From Clostridia bacterium (GTDB taxonomy: Bacteria > Bacillota > Clostridia > Christensenellales > CAG-138), in the NCBI GenBank assembly GCA_035399665.1, contig DAOPJM010000007.1, forward strand, positions 2,309 to 66,308: a DNA stretch of 64,000 nucleotides, given 5' to 3'. Position numbers and translations under genes: made by a program. Below are positions 35,547 to 44,846 of the stretch, piece after piece. The notes beneath the pieces were generated by a model. The model made no database searches. It was not told the DNA's origin and saw nothing but the letters and a program-made list of their open reading frames with translations. Positions within the stretch are counted from its first letter, which is position 1, and every line of letters begins with the position of its first letter.

Positions 35547-36427
35547 TACAGTTCACCTCCCGCCAGGATGATAGCTTGGGTCAAGGCTCGTTTTGCAAGC
35601 TCGTGTGCAAGCTGAACGCGGAACTCCTTGGTGGCGCGCCAGCTTGTACGCGGATTGACGTCGTTTAGTGCGGCGTTCGCGAACTCCATAACCGTCTCGT
35701 TGGAAACCGACTTGCCCTTGGCGGCGGCCTCCGCTGAGTATGCGCGCATCGGGATAGGTCCCGCGACGCCATAACCTATCCTTGCCCGCTCTATCATCTT
35801 CTTGTCGTCGGACAGCACGACGTTCACGGAACAGCCCGTGGTCGCTATGTCCATGGCGTTCCGCATCGCGTACTTTATGTAATGTCCGAAACAGTTTTCA
35901 TAGCTTTCCTTTGGAATGAGTATCGCCGTAAGCAGCTCCTCGTGTGTTAACGCGGTCTTGCCGGCGGAGATATAGTGGTCCTTTATGGGAACGCGCCTCA
36001 CACCCTCGGGACCCGTATACTCCATGACCGCCTCATAAGCGGTCAGGGTGGACGCCGAGTCCGCGCTCGTTACGCCGTTTGAGACGTTACCGCCTATGGT
36101 GCCGATATTGCGTATCTGCGGGCCTCCCACCATGTCCACGGCTTCGCCCAAAACCTTAATATACTTGTTTATGAGCGGGTCGCGGGTGATGTGGGAAAAG
36201 CTCGTCAGAGGGAGTATCCGAAGCGTTCCGTCGTCGTCCATCGACACTCCGCGAAGGGCGTCGATGCCATAAATGCTCACAAGCTCGCTTCCCGCAAGCC
36301 TGCCCTCGCGCATTTGAATAAGCACGTCACTGCCGCCTGCGATGATCTTCGCCTTCGGGTGCGCCATCAGCAGCGTTACGGCTTCCTCTACCGAGTTTGC
36401 TTCATATAATGCCTTAATGTCGTACAT
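35546..36427 (-). CDS. Xanthine-dehydrogenase-family FAD-binding medium subunit
   Basis: 293 aa. AGGSDVL and GTIGGN FAD-binding motifs. Confidence 0.88.
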   Translation of the reverse strand: MYDIKALYEANSVEEAVTLLMAHPKAKIIAGGSDVLIQMREGRLAGSELVSIYGIDALRGVSMDDDGTLRILPLTSFSHITRDPLINKYIKVLGEAVDMVGGPQIRNIGTIGGNVSNGVTSADSASTLTAYEAVMEYTGPEGVRRVPIKDHYISAGKTALTHEELLTAILIPKESYENCFGHYIKYAMRNAMDIATTGCSVNVVLSDDKKMIERARIGYGVAGPIPMRAYSAEAAAKGKSVSNETVMEFANAALNDVNPRTSWRATKEFRVQLAHELAKRALTQAIILAGGEL

Positions 36428-36436
36428 AGAGCCTCC

Positions 36437-38722
36437 TTACAGCAGCCCTTCCTCACGGAAGCGGGCGAAAAGCGTATGCGGATTCAGCGGAGCCTTGTTG
36501 ACGGAAACGCCTGTCGCCATCAGTACCGCGTTTCGAATGGCGGGCGCGCCGGGGACAGCGGGCGGTTCACCCAAGGCCTTCGTACCGAACGCGCTCGTAG
36601 GTTCGTAGTTCTCCACGAATTCAGCCTCCAGATGCGGATGATCCATCATGGTGGAGAGCTTGTAATCCAAAAGGTTGTTGTTCAATACCCTTCCAGTCTT
36701 GGGATCAAGTATCATCTGTTCGGAAAGGCCATAGCCTATCGCCATGCTCATGCCGCCGTGTACCTGCGCCTCCGCAAGAGCAGGGTTAATCAATCTGCCG
36801 CAGTCATGAACATTTACGATATTCAGCAGCTTCACCTTGCACAGCGGGATATCGACCTCGACCTCGGCGAAGGAGCAGCCGAACGAATAGGCGTTGCTCT
36901 TGACCTGATAGGTGGATTCGGCGGTCATATGCTCGCTGTGCGTGAGGCTGTACAAAGCCTCGGTCGCAAGCTCGGCAAGGCTGATTTGTACGGCGTTATC
37001 GGACTTTCTGACTATATTTCCGTCTACTATATCAAGGTTGTCAACCTGCATTCTGCAAAGCTCATGGGCGTAAGCGAGTATGCGATCCTTCAACAATGAA
37101 GCGGTCTGCATTATGGAAAAGCCACCGACATAGGTCTGTCTTGAAGCGTATGCGCCTGTTCCGAATGGCGTAACGTCAGTGTCCTGCCGGGAGATCATAT
37201 GAACCTTATCGAAGGGTATCCCCAAAACCTCTGCCGTCATCTGAGCAAAAGCGGTGTCCGCGCCCTGCCCTATCTCGGTTTCGGCAAGCTGAACCTGTAC
37301 TGAGCCATCCTGGTTAAGTACCATGCGCGACGAGGAGCTTTCAAGCGAAATCGGCCAAACAGCCGTGTTGTACCAGAATATGCTCATGCCGATGCCCCGC
37401 CGAATATCGCCCGTTTGGTTCGCGTATTTCTTGCGCTTCTCGTCCCAATGTATGTACGCCTTGCCCTTTTCAATACACTGATTTAGGCTGTCGAAGTAGT
37501 TGACATTCTTGGAGAAGCCGTCCGTGTAGCCGACAGGCATCATGTTCTTGCGTCTGAACTCTATTGGGTCGAAGCCCATGCCGTGAACTATGTCCTCGAT
37601 ATGGCTTTCAAGCGCGAAGGTGATCTGCGGTATGCCGTAGCCGCGCATGGCTCCCGCCACGGGACTGTTGGTAAATACCGTATACGCGTCGCACTTGCAC
37701 GCCGTACCCGTCTTGTATATCTGGCGGAAAGCAGAGGTGCCTTTGGCCATTATGCCGTGGCCGTGCGAAGCGTAAGCGCCTTGGTTGGAATACGCTTCCA
37801 TCTTCCTTGCGACAAGCGTTCCGTCAGCGCTGACATAGCTTGTGAAATGGAACTTTATGGCGTGGCGCACTCGGTTTGAAACGAATGTTTCCTCCCTCGA
37901 AACGTCAAGCTTTACAAGCCTTCCGCCAAGCTGTTGACAAACCCACGCGCACAGAGGCTCATACAGCGCGTCCTGCTTGTTGCCGAAGCCGCCGCCGATA
38001 TAGGGCTTGATAAGACGGACATTACCCCAAGGTATGCCCAAGGCCTGTCCCACAACCCTGCGAACGATGTGCGGAATCTGAGTGGACGAGGTAACGACCA
38101 TCTTACCCGCTTCCTCTTTGGCAAAGCAAATGAAGTTCTCAATATGGCAATGCTGCACCATGGGGGTTTCGTACCAACCCTCAAAGCGCGTCAAGCCTTC
38201 CTGTTTGATGGCGGCCTCATAGTCGCCGTCCTCATAGGATGTGGTTCCAAGTATGTTATGGGGGAAACGCTCATGCAGCTGCGGAGCGCCATCCTTGACC
38301 GCTTCAATTGGGTCCAAGACGAAGGGCAAAACATCATACTCCACCTTCACAAGCCTTGCGGCGCGGGCTGCCGCAATCTCGTCTCTTGCGACTACCGCCG
38401 CGACGTCGTCCCCATAGAAACGTACCCTGTCAGTCAAAACGAGCCTGTCCGCAACGTCCTGATGATGCGGGTCGGTAGACCACGGATGCCCCGCCGTCGG
38501 AAAATAGTACTTGGGCGCGTCAAAGCAGGTAAACACCTTTACTACGCCTTCAACCTGCATAGCTTCGGAAATGTCTATGCTTTTGACAATTCCGTTGGCT
38601 ATGGTGGAGTGTACGATCTTGATTATCAGCGCGCCCTTGTCCGCCAAATCGTCGGTGTACATGGCTCTGCCTGTCACCTTGTCGGGCGCATCGACCCTTG
38701 GGACGCTCTTGCCTACTATCAT
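36437..38722 (-). CDS. Xanthine-dehydrogenase-family molybdopterin-binding large subunit
   Basis: 761 aa. GGGFGNK motif, with typical N-terminal a/b-hammerhead and Mo-co domains by collinearity. Confidence 0.88.
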   Translation of the reverse strand: MIVGKSVPRVDAPDKVTGRAMYTDDLADKGALIIKIVHSTIANGIVKSIDISEAMQVEGVVKVFTCFDAPKYYFPTAGHPWSTDPHHQDVADRLVLTDRVRFYGDDVAAVVARDEIAAARAARLVKVEYDVLPFVLDPIEAVKDGAPQLHERFPHNILGTTSYEDGDYEAAIKQEGLTRFEGWYETPMVQHCHIENFICFAKEEAGKMVVTSSTQIPHIVRRVVGQALGIPWGNVRLIKPYIGGGFGNKQDALYEPLCAWVCQQLGGRLVKLDVSREETFVSNRVRHAIKFHFTSYVSADGTLVARKMEAYSNQGAYASHGHGIMAKGTSAFRQIYKTGTACKCDAYTVFTNSPVAGAMRGYGIPQITFALESHIEDIVHGMGFDPIEFRRKNMMPVGYTDGFSKNVNYFDSLNQCIEKGKAYIHWDEKRKKYANQTGDIRRGIGMSIFWYNTAVWPISLESSSSRMVLNQDGSVQVQLAETEIGQGADTAFAQMTAEVLGIPFDKVHMISRQDTDVTPFGTGAYASRQTYVGGFSIMQTASLLKDRILAYAHELCRMQVDNLDIVDGNIVRKSDNAVQISLAELATEALYSLTHSEHMTAESTYQVKSNAYSFGCSFAEVEVDIPLCKVKLLNIVNVHDCGRLINPALAEAQVHGGMSMAIGYGLSEQMILDPKTGRVLNNNLLDYKLSTMMDHPHLEAEFVENYEPTSAFGTKALGEPPAVPGAPAIRNAVLMATGVSVNKAPLNPHTLFARFREEGLL

Positions 38723-38731
38723 ATTAACCTC

Positions 38732-40432
38732 CTACTCCTCATTATTTACAAATCGGGCGTTCACGACGTCGAATACACCCATGTCGGTAAGTCTCGCTTC
38801 GGGTATTACGGGCAGCGCCACAAACGAAAGCTTGACAAAGGGATCGGAGCCGTTCCATGAGCCTATCGTCTTGAGCTTGTTCAGTAAATCCTCCTGCCCC
38901 TTGATTATCTGTGCAAGCGGTGCGTCACTCATAAGCCCCGCTATGGGAAGCTGCAGCTTTGAAAGCACCTTGCTATTGTGAATGACCACGAATCCCCCGC
39001 CGCATTCCTCTAAGGCATCTACGGCTTTGAGCATATCCGCGTCGTTGTCGCCAGCTACGATAAGGTTGTGGGAATCATGTCCCACGGTCGTGCCTATCGC
39101 GCCCTCATGCAGCCTTATCCCGCGCAGTACTCCAAGACCTATCTTGCCGCTGGCGTGGTGGCGTTCAAGTACCGCAAGCTTTAGGAGATCCTCGTTTGGC
39201 ATGAACAACCCGTTCTCGGTCGGAACCTCCTCAAAGCTGAGCTTGGTGGTAAGTTCGTTGTCATCCATGCTTATCACGGGCGTGACGCCCTTCACCTCAA
39301 GGTCGAAGCAATTGGGTTTTCTTGCCGCCAAATGCACGCTGTTGTATATCTTTGGATCAGGCTTCAACACGCTGTCCGCGGCCGGCTTGAACACCTTGCC
39401 ATCAGTCAAGACCATTTCCGCGTTGAAGTCCGTAAGGTTGTCAAACAATACCATGTCGGCATGATAGCCGGGAGCGATAGCACCTTTTCTTGTAAGCCCG
39501 TAGTTCTCCGCCGCGTTGATGGTACCCATCTGCACCGCCGCTATCGGGTCGATCCCGTTTGCCACGGCTCGCCTTAAAATGTAATTGATGTGACCTTCCC
39601 TCTGTATGTTCTCAAGATGCTTATCATCGGTGCAGAACATCATGCGGTTGGTGGGCAAATGCTCCTTTGCTATCCTTGCCATGATGTCCTCTATGCCCCT
39701 GCACGCGGAACCCAGCCTAAGCTGGATGTGCATACCTCGGCTCATCTTCTCGTAGACCTCCTCAAAGACGGTACACTCGTGGTCCGTCCTCGGCCCCGCC
39801 ACGCAATAGGCGTTCAGCCTGTCGCCCATCAGCAGCGGTGCGTGACCGTCTATCGGACGATTGAAGAAGAGCTGAAGCTTGTCAAGTATCTCGCCCTCAC
39901 CCGAAGTGGCGGAAATATAGTCCATAAGCTCCGCTAAGCCTATTACCCTTGGATGGTTCAAAAACTGCTCCATGTCGCGGGCGACTATCTTCGCGCCGCT
40001 CGTCTCAAAAGCGGTACACGGAACACATGAAGGTATCATGAAGAATACGGAAAGCGGAAGCCACTCGGTCTGGTCAAGCATATACTGAATGCCGTCTACT
40101 CCGCAGACGTTGGCTATCTCGTGCGGATCGGTTACAACGGATGTGGTTCCCTGCATTAGGACGCAGTCGGCGAATCGCGAGGGGTGCGCCATGGATGATT
40201 CAATGTGTACATGAGCGTCGATAAGCCCCGGGCAAAGGTACTTGCCCTGCGCGTCGATCTCCTCCTTGCCCGAATAAGAGCCGACGCCCAGGATGATTCC
40301 GTCCCTGACGGCAACGTCGCCGTGTTGAATCTGACCCGTGAATACGTTTACAATGTTAGCGTTCTTTATCACTAACGCCGCATTGCGATTTGCGGCATTC
40401 AAAATAGCATTGCGAAGTCTGGTCTTATCCAT
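38732..40432 (-). CDS. ade: Adenine deaminase
   Basis: Amidohydrolase HxH context LIDAHVHIESS and length of about 566 aa. Start moved to ATG 40432 (GGAAGGTG RBS) from the ORF-track start at 40471. Confidence 0.85.
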   Translation of the reverse strand: MDKTRLRNAILNAANRNAALVIKNANIVNVFTGQIQHGDVAVRDGIILGVGSYSGKEEIDAQGKYLCPGLIDAHVHIESSMAHPSRFADCVLMQGTTSVVTDPHEIANVCGVDGIQYMLDQTEWLPLSVFFMIPSCVPCTAFETSGAKIVARDMEQFLNHPRVIGLAELMDYISATSGEGEILDKLQLFFNRPIDGHAPLLMGDRLNAYCVAGPRTDHECTVFEEVYEKMSRGMHIQLRLGSACRGIEDIMARIAKEHLPTNRMMFCTDDKHLENIQREGHINYILRRAVANGIDPIAAVQMGTINAAENYGLTRKGAIAPGYHADMVLFDNLTDFNAEMVLTDGKVFKPAADSVLKPDPKIYNSVHLAARKPNCFDLEVKGVTPVISMDDNELTTKLSFEEVPTENGLFMPNEDLLKLAVLERHHASGKIGLGVLRGIRLHEGAIGTTVGHDSHNLIVAGDNDADMLKAVDALEECGGGFVVIHNSKVLSKLQLPIAGLMSDAPLAQIIKGQEDLLNKLKTIGSWNGSDPFVKLSFVALPVIPEARLTDMGVFDVVNARFVNNEE

Positions 40433-40652
40433 TATATTCACCTTCCTTTTGAGCAGTATACCACACCACACGCGATAATGGAAGAGGTTTTTGGTAAAAC
40501 TCGTCCGACTATGTATTATTTCCCGTTCTATTCACATTGCCGCCACAGAAAAAGCCTAATGCAAAAGTATCAGTTATGGTACTCTTTTCGACCGCTTTTG
40601 ACAGGATTATGTAGAATAATCTCATTTCTTTCCAAATTCATGTAAAAACACG

Positions 40653-40680
40653 TTGACAATATATCAAAATTGTGTAATAA
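40653..40680 (+). promoter_or_regulatory. Candidate promoter TTGACA - 16 nt - TAATAA
   Basis: Hexamers at 40653-40658 and 40675-40680, about 100 nt upstream of the symporter gene. Confidence 0.4.
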
Positions 40681-40781
40681 TTGTGACAAGCAACATTCGG
40701 AAGGCATAACGGGGGAAGTGTTTTTCGGTCGTTCCTCTGCATATCTTTTCGAATAAGCGAATAACAAAAGGAGAAGGGGAA

Positions 40782-42023
40782 ATGGAAAAAACTGGAAAGA
40801 AGAAGTTTAAAATGACCCTGTCGCTATGGATTTTCGTAGCGATGGTCGCAGGTATCATCGCGGGTATCTGCCTCACCTCACAAGCGGCTTTTGTGTCAAC
40901 ATACATCAAGCCGTTCGGTACTATCTTTGTTAATCTGCTCAAATTCATCGTTGTTCCCGTCGTACTGCTCTCCATCATCTGCGGCATGATTCAGATGAAG
41001 GACATCAAAAAGGTCGGTTCTATCGGTTGGAAAACCATAGTCTACTACCTTGCGACAACGGCTATCGCTATCGTCATCGGCTTAATCTTCGCCAACGTCT
41101 TCAAGGGCGTATTCCCGAAGCTGGCCACGACTGACCTTGTTTACGAGGCCAAGACAGCCAACTTCATGGACACCATCGTTGCCATATTCCCGTCCAACCT
41201 CTGGAACTCGCTGGTAAGCGCCAACATGCTGCAGGTCATCGTTATCGCTCTGCTGTTGGGCTCCGGCGTGCTGCTTGCCGGTGAGAAGGGTCTGACTGCC
41301 AAGAACGTATTTGAGAGCCTCAACGAAGTCATTAACAAGGTTCTTATGTTCATCATCAAGCTCACGCCCATCGGCGTATTCTGCCTGATGACCGACACCG
41401 TCGCCAGCAATGGCCCGAAGATTCTGACCTCTCTTGCCATCGTTTTGGGCGTCGCGTATCTTGCGTACATCGTACACCTGCTGCTCACCTACTCGCTGTC
41501 CGTCAAGTTCCTGGGCGGTCTGAACCCGTGGAAGTTCCTCAAGGGCATGATTCCCGCGATGATCTTCGCATTCACCTCGACCTCCTCCGTCGCCACGCTG
41601 CCCCTCACCAAGGAGTGTACCGACAATCTCGGAGCCGATCCTGAATACAGCTCGTTCATCCTCCCGCTCGGCGCGACAATCAATATGGACGGTACCGCCA
41701 TCTACATGGGCGTCGCCTCCGTCTTTATCGCCTGCTGCTACGGCATTGAGCTGACCATAGGGCAGATGCTCATGATTATCATCACCGCAACGCTGGCTTC
41801 CATCGGAACAGCGGGCGTATCCGGCGCGGGCGTGATCATGCTTGCCATGGTTTTACAGAGTGTCAACCTGCCCGTCGAAGGCATAGCGCTTATCATAGGT
41901 ATCGACAAACTGTTCGACATGGGCCGCACAACGCTGAACATCGTCGGCGACGCAACCTGCGCCATCTTCGTAACGAGAGCGGAGGAAAAGAAAGCCGCAA
42001 GACTCGCCAAGAAGAACGCATAG
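40782..42023 (+). CDS. Dicarboxylate/amino acid:cation symporter (DAACS, GltP/SstT-like)
   Basis: 413 aa, polytopic. SSSATLP-like (TSSVATLPLT) and NMDGTA motifs are characteristic of the family. Confidence 0.85.
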   Translation: MEKTGKKKFKMTLSLWIFVAMVAGIIAGICLTSQAAFVSTYIKPFGTIFVNLLKFIVVPVVLLSIICGMIQMKDIKKVGSIGWKTIVYYLATTAIAIVIGLIFANVFKGVFPKLATTDLVYEAKTANFMDTIVAIFPSNLWNSLVSANMLQVIVIALLLGSGVLLAGEKGLTAKNVFESLNEVINKVLMFIIKLTPIGVFCLMTDTVASNGPKILTSLAIVLGVAYLAYIVHLLLTYSLSVKFLGGLNPWKFLKGMIPAMIFAFTSTSSVATLPLTKECTDNLGADPEYSSFILPLGATINMDGTAIYMGVASVFIACCYGIELTIGQMLMIIITATLASIGTAGVSGAGVIMLAMVLQSVNLPVEGIALIIGIDKLFDMGRTTLNIVGDATCAIFVTRAEEKKAARLAKKNA

Positions 42024-42056
42024 CGTTCGAGAATCCAAAGACCGAAAACAAGCTTC

Positions 42057-42090
42057 AAAAGCCATCCTGTAAGGGGTGGCTTTTGTCTTG
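42057..42090 (+). terminator. Rho-independent terminator
   Basis: AAAAGCCATCC / GGGGTGGCTTTT hairpin then TTTTGTCTTG. Confidence 0.6.
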
Positions 42091-42137
42091 TCAAAAGCAT
42101 CAAGGTATGTTATTATCATGTAAACGGGAGGTGGCTT

Positions 42138-43067
42138 ATGTCGCTGTTATATTTCTTTGAAGGGATTCGTAACCCCATCCTGGACTTCTTCTTCTCCTAC
42201 ATCACCTACTTTGGTGAGGAAACGGCGTTCTTGGTCATAGCCATAGTCGTGTTCTGGTGCTTCTCGAAGCGCACGGGTTACTACCTCTTATGCATATCCA
42301 TGATAGGCAACGCCATAAACGGCGCCCTAAAGCTGCTGTTTCGCATCCCGCGTCCGTGGGTGAAGGATGAGAATTTCACCATAGTCGAATCCGCACGGGA
42401 GGCGGCCGGCGGTTACTCCTTCCCAAGCGGACACACGCAGAGCGCGGTCGGCTTGTTCGGCGGTATTGCGCTGTCAACTAAGCGTACTTGGCTTCGCGTC
42501 GTCTGCATAATTGTTCCCATACTCGTAGCAATCTCGCGAATGTACCTTGGCGTGCATACCCCGCTCGATGTTGGCGTGGGCTTTGCCATATCGCTCGCGC
42601 TGATCTTTGCGCTGCGCCCCCTCTTTACCCATAATGAAAGCAACGTTTCGTTCGCGCTGCTTCTCTGCTTTTTCTGCGCGGTCGCCTACCTGCTCTTTGT
42701 CGAGCTGTTCCCCTTCCCCGCCGATATCGATTCCGCGAACTATACCTCTGGGCTGAAGCTTGCCTACACCCTGCTTGGCGTCACCGCCGCGCTTCCCATA
42801 GCTCACTTTCTTGATGAAAATTACCTCAAAAGCGACGTTCGCGCTGCTTGGTGGGCGCAAATTATCAAATGCGTTATTGGGCTTGGGCTGCTCCTTGCGG
42901 TCAAAGAGCTGCTGCGCTCCCCTCTTGAGTCTCTGCTCGGCGATATTTACGCTGCAAGGGCGCTGCGATACTTCATCATGGTCATCTTCGCCATCAACGT
43001 TTGGCCGCTGACCTTCAGACTTTTCTCAAAAACCAATAAAGCTGCGAATCCTGCCGCGACGCGGTAA
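42138..43067 (+). CDS. PAP2-family membrane phosphatase
   Basis: 309 aa. The three PAP2 motifs are KLLFRIPRP, PSGHT and SRMYLGVHTPLD. Confidence 0.85.
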   Translation: MSLLYFFEGIRNPILDFFFSYITYFGEETAFLVIAIVVFWCFSKRTGYYLLCISMIGNAINGALKLLFRIPRPWVKDENFTIVESAREAAGGYSFPSGHTQSAVGLFGGIALSTKRTWLRVVCIIVPILVAISRMYLGVHTPLDVGVGFAISLALIFALRPLFTHNESNVSFALLLCFFCAVAYLLFVELFPFPADIDSANYTSGLKLAYTLLGVTAALPIAHFLDENYLKSDVRAAWWAQIIKCVIGLGLLLAVKELLRSPLESLLGDIYAARALRYFIMVIFAINVWPLTFRLFSKTNKAANPAATR

Positions 43068-43097
43068 CAAAATATCAACAAACAAACGGAGGAATTT

Positions 43098-44846
43098 ATG
43101 GACGGAAAATGGTCTTTGGATGTACTCTACACGGGCTTTGACGAGCAGTACAAAGCCGACGTTGCGGAGCTTGACAGGCTCATCGCGGAGTATAAGGCTT
43201 TGGTTGACGCTCCCGACGAGGGGCTTGCCGAAAGCTTTTTTGAGCTTAGTGAGAGTATTCACACACTTGTGGAAAAACTCTATACCTACCCGGGACTGCG
43301 CTGCGCCGCAGACACACGCGACTCGGAGGCTATGGCGTACACCGGTCGTCTGATGGCAAGACTTTCGGAGCTTGCCGCGCCCGAAGCCGCTGTCAAGCAG
43401 CGTATCGCAAAGCTGCCCGACCTTGACAAGCAGATTGAAGCCTCTCCCCTTTTACAGCAGTACAGCTACTTTATCGGCAACTTGGTCAAGGACAGCAAGC
43501 ATTTGCTTGCGCCGCGTGAGGAACGCATAGTCGCCGAGATGGACATCAGCGGCGGCGATGCATGGTCTCAGCTTCAGTCCTATGTGACCTCTACCGTACT
43601 TTGTGACTATCGCGGCGAGAAGATAGGCCTGTCGGCGGTGCGCAACTTAGCTTACGACCCTGATCCTTCAGTGCGCAAGGACGCCTATGAAGCGGAGCTT
43701 TCAGCATACAAGCAGATTCAGGACCCCGTGGCGTTCTCCTTAAACAGCATCAAGCTGCAGTGTATCAATATCTCCAAGCTGCGCGGCTTCGAATCGCCTC
43801 TTTCCCGCACCCTGTACGAGAATCGCATGAAGAAGGAGACCTTGGACGCGCTGCTTTCAGCCATGCGCGACTACATGCCCAAGTTCCGCGAATATATGCG
43901 AGCGAAGGGCAAGGCATTGGGTCATGAAAACGGGCTTCCTTGGTACGATATGTTCGCGCCCATGGGCAAGAGTGACCGCAAGTTCAGCGTGTCCGATTCA
44001 AAGGACGTGCTGCTCGACCTGTTCGGACGCTTTGACAAGCAGCTTGCCGACATGATGGAGCGCGCCTATGACGAGGACTGGATCGACTTCTTCCCGCGTG
44101 AGGGCAAGACGGGCGGAGCATTCTGCTGCTCCATCAACTCCATAAACCAGAGCCGTATACTCACCAACTTTGACGGCAGCTTCTCCGACATCTGCACCCT
44201 TGCGCATGAGCTTGGTCATGCCTTCCATAATCAGATGCTGGCGGGCCACAGGCCGCTCAACATGGAGTACTGTATGCCTCTTGCGGAGACAGCCTCAACC
44301 TTCAACGAGAACGTCCTTATGGACAAGGCCATAGTGACGGCTGCCGACGCTGATGAGAAGCTTGCCTTTATCGAGGGTCAGCTTTGCGACGCAAATCAGA
44401 TAATCTGCGACATATACTCAAGATACCTCTTTGAGACCGCTGTATTTGCGGCGCGTCCCGAGGAGTTCATGATGGCCGACAAGCTTTGCGAGCTGATGCT
44501 CAACGCTCAGCGCGAGGCCTACGGCGATGGGCTTGACCCCGATGCACTCCACCCCTATATGTGGGTTTGCAAGAGCCACTATTACAGCGCGGGGCTGTCC
44601 TTCTATAACTTCCCGTATGCGTTCGGCGGACTTTTCGCAAGGGGTCTGTACGCCAAGTACAAGACCGAGGGCGACGCGTTCATCCCGCAGTACAAGAAGC
44701 TGCTGCACGCGACAACGGTCATGGACGTTGAACAGACCGCCGCAATCGCGGGCATAGACCTCACCGACAAGGCTTTCTGGGCGATGAGCCTGCAGTCCAT
44801 TGCCGATGAAATCGATGAGTTTATCGCGCTTGTCGAAGATAAGTAA
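43098..44846 (+). CDS. pepF: M3-family oligoendopeptidase F
   Basis: 582 aa. HELGH zinc motif in the expected position. Confidence 0.85.
   Translation: MDGKWSLDVLYTGFDEQYKADVAELDRLIAEYKALVDAPDEGLAESFFELSESIHTLVEKLYTYPGLRCAADTRDSEAMAYTGRLMARLSELAAPEAAVKQRIAKLPDLDKQIEASPLLQQYSYFIGNLVKDSKHLLAPREERIVAEMDISGGDAWSQLQSYVTSTVLCDYRGEKIGLSAVRNLAYDPDPSVRKDAYEAELSAYKQIQDPVAFSLNSIKLQCINISKLRGFESPLSRTLYENRMKKETLDALLSAMRDYMPKFREYMRAKGKALGHENGLPWYDMFAPMGKSDRKFSVSDSKDVLLDLFGRFDKQLADMMERAYDEDWIDFFPREGKTGGAFCCSINSINQSRILTNFDGSFSDICTLAHELGHAFHNQMLAGHRPLNMEYCMPLAETASTFNENVLMDKAIVTAADADEKLAFIEGQLCDANQIICDIYSRYLFETAVFAARPEEFMMADKLCELMLNAQREAYGDGLDPDALHPYMWVCKSHYYSAGLSFYNFPYAFGGLFARGLYAKYKTEGDAFIPQYKKLLHATTVMDVEQTAAIAGIDLTDKAFWAMSLQSIADEIDEFIALVEDK

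Noticed and set aside
37934-38860. 308-aa plus-strand ORF, plus similar long shadow ORFs at 36476-37099, 26571-27326, 27579-28319, 50181-50936, 48005-48658, 46631-47221, 30060-30752, 32644-33327, 25504-26154, 15405-16025, 11835-12449, 2883-3527 and 19435-19989.
   Set aside because: All lie antisense to genes with clear family motifs. Their translations are Arg/Gly/Ala/Val-rich with no motifs. This is typical of open antisense frames in DNA of about 55% GC.
40471-40515. Plus-strand sequence GCGAUAAUGGAAGAGGUUUUUGGUAAAACUCGUCCGACUAUGU shares AUAAU, GUUU.., UAAA and CCGACUAUG with the purine (xpt-type) riboswitch core, next to adenine deaminase.
   Set aside because: Only about 25 nt separate AUAAU from CCGACUAU, which is too short to hold both the P2 and P3 hairpins. 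The flanks cannot form P1. The orientation is antisense to ade and about 270 nt from the symporter start. This is probably chance similarity. A covariance-model scan would settle it.
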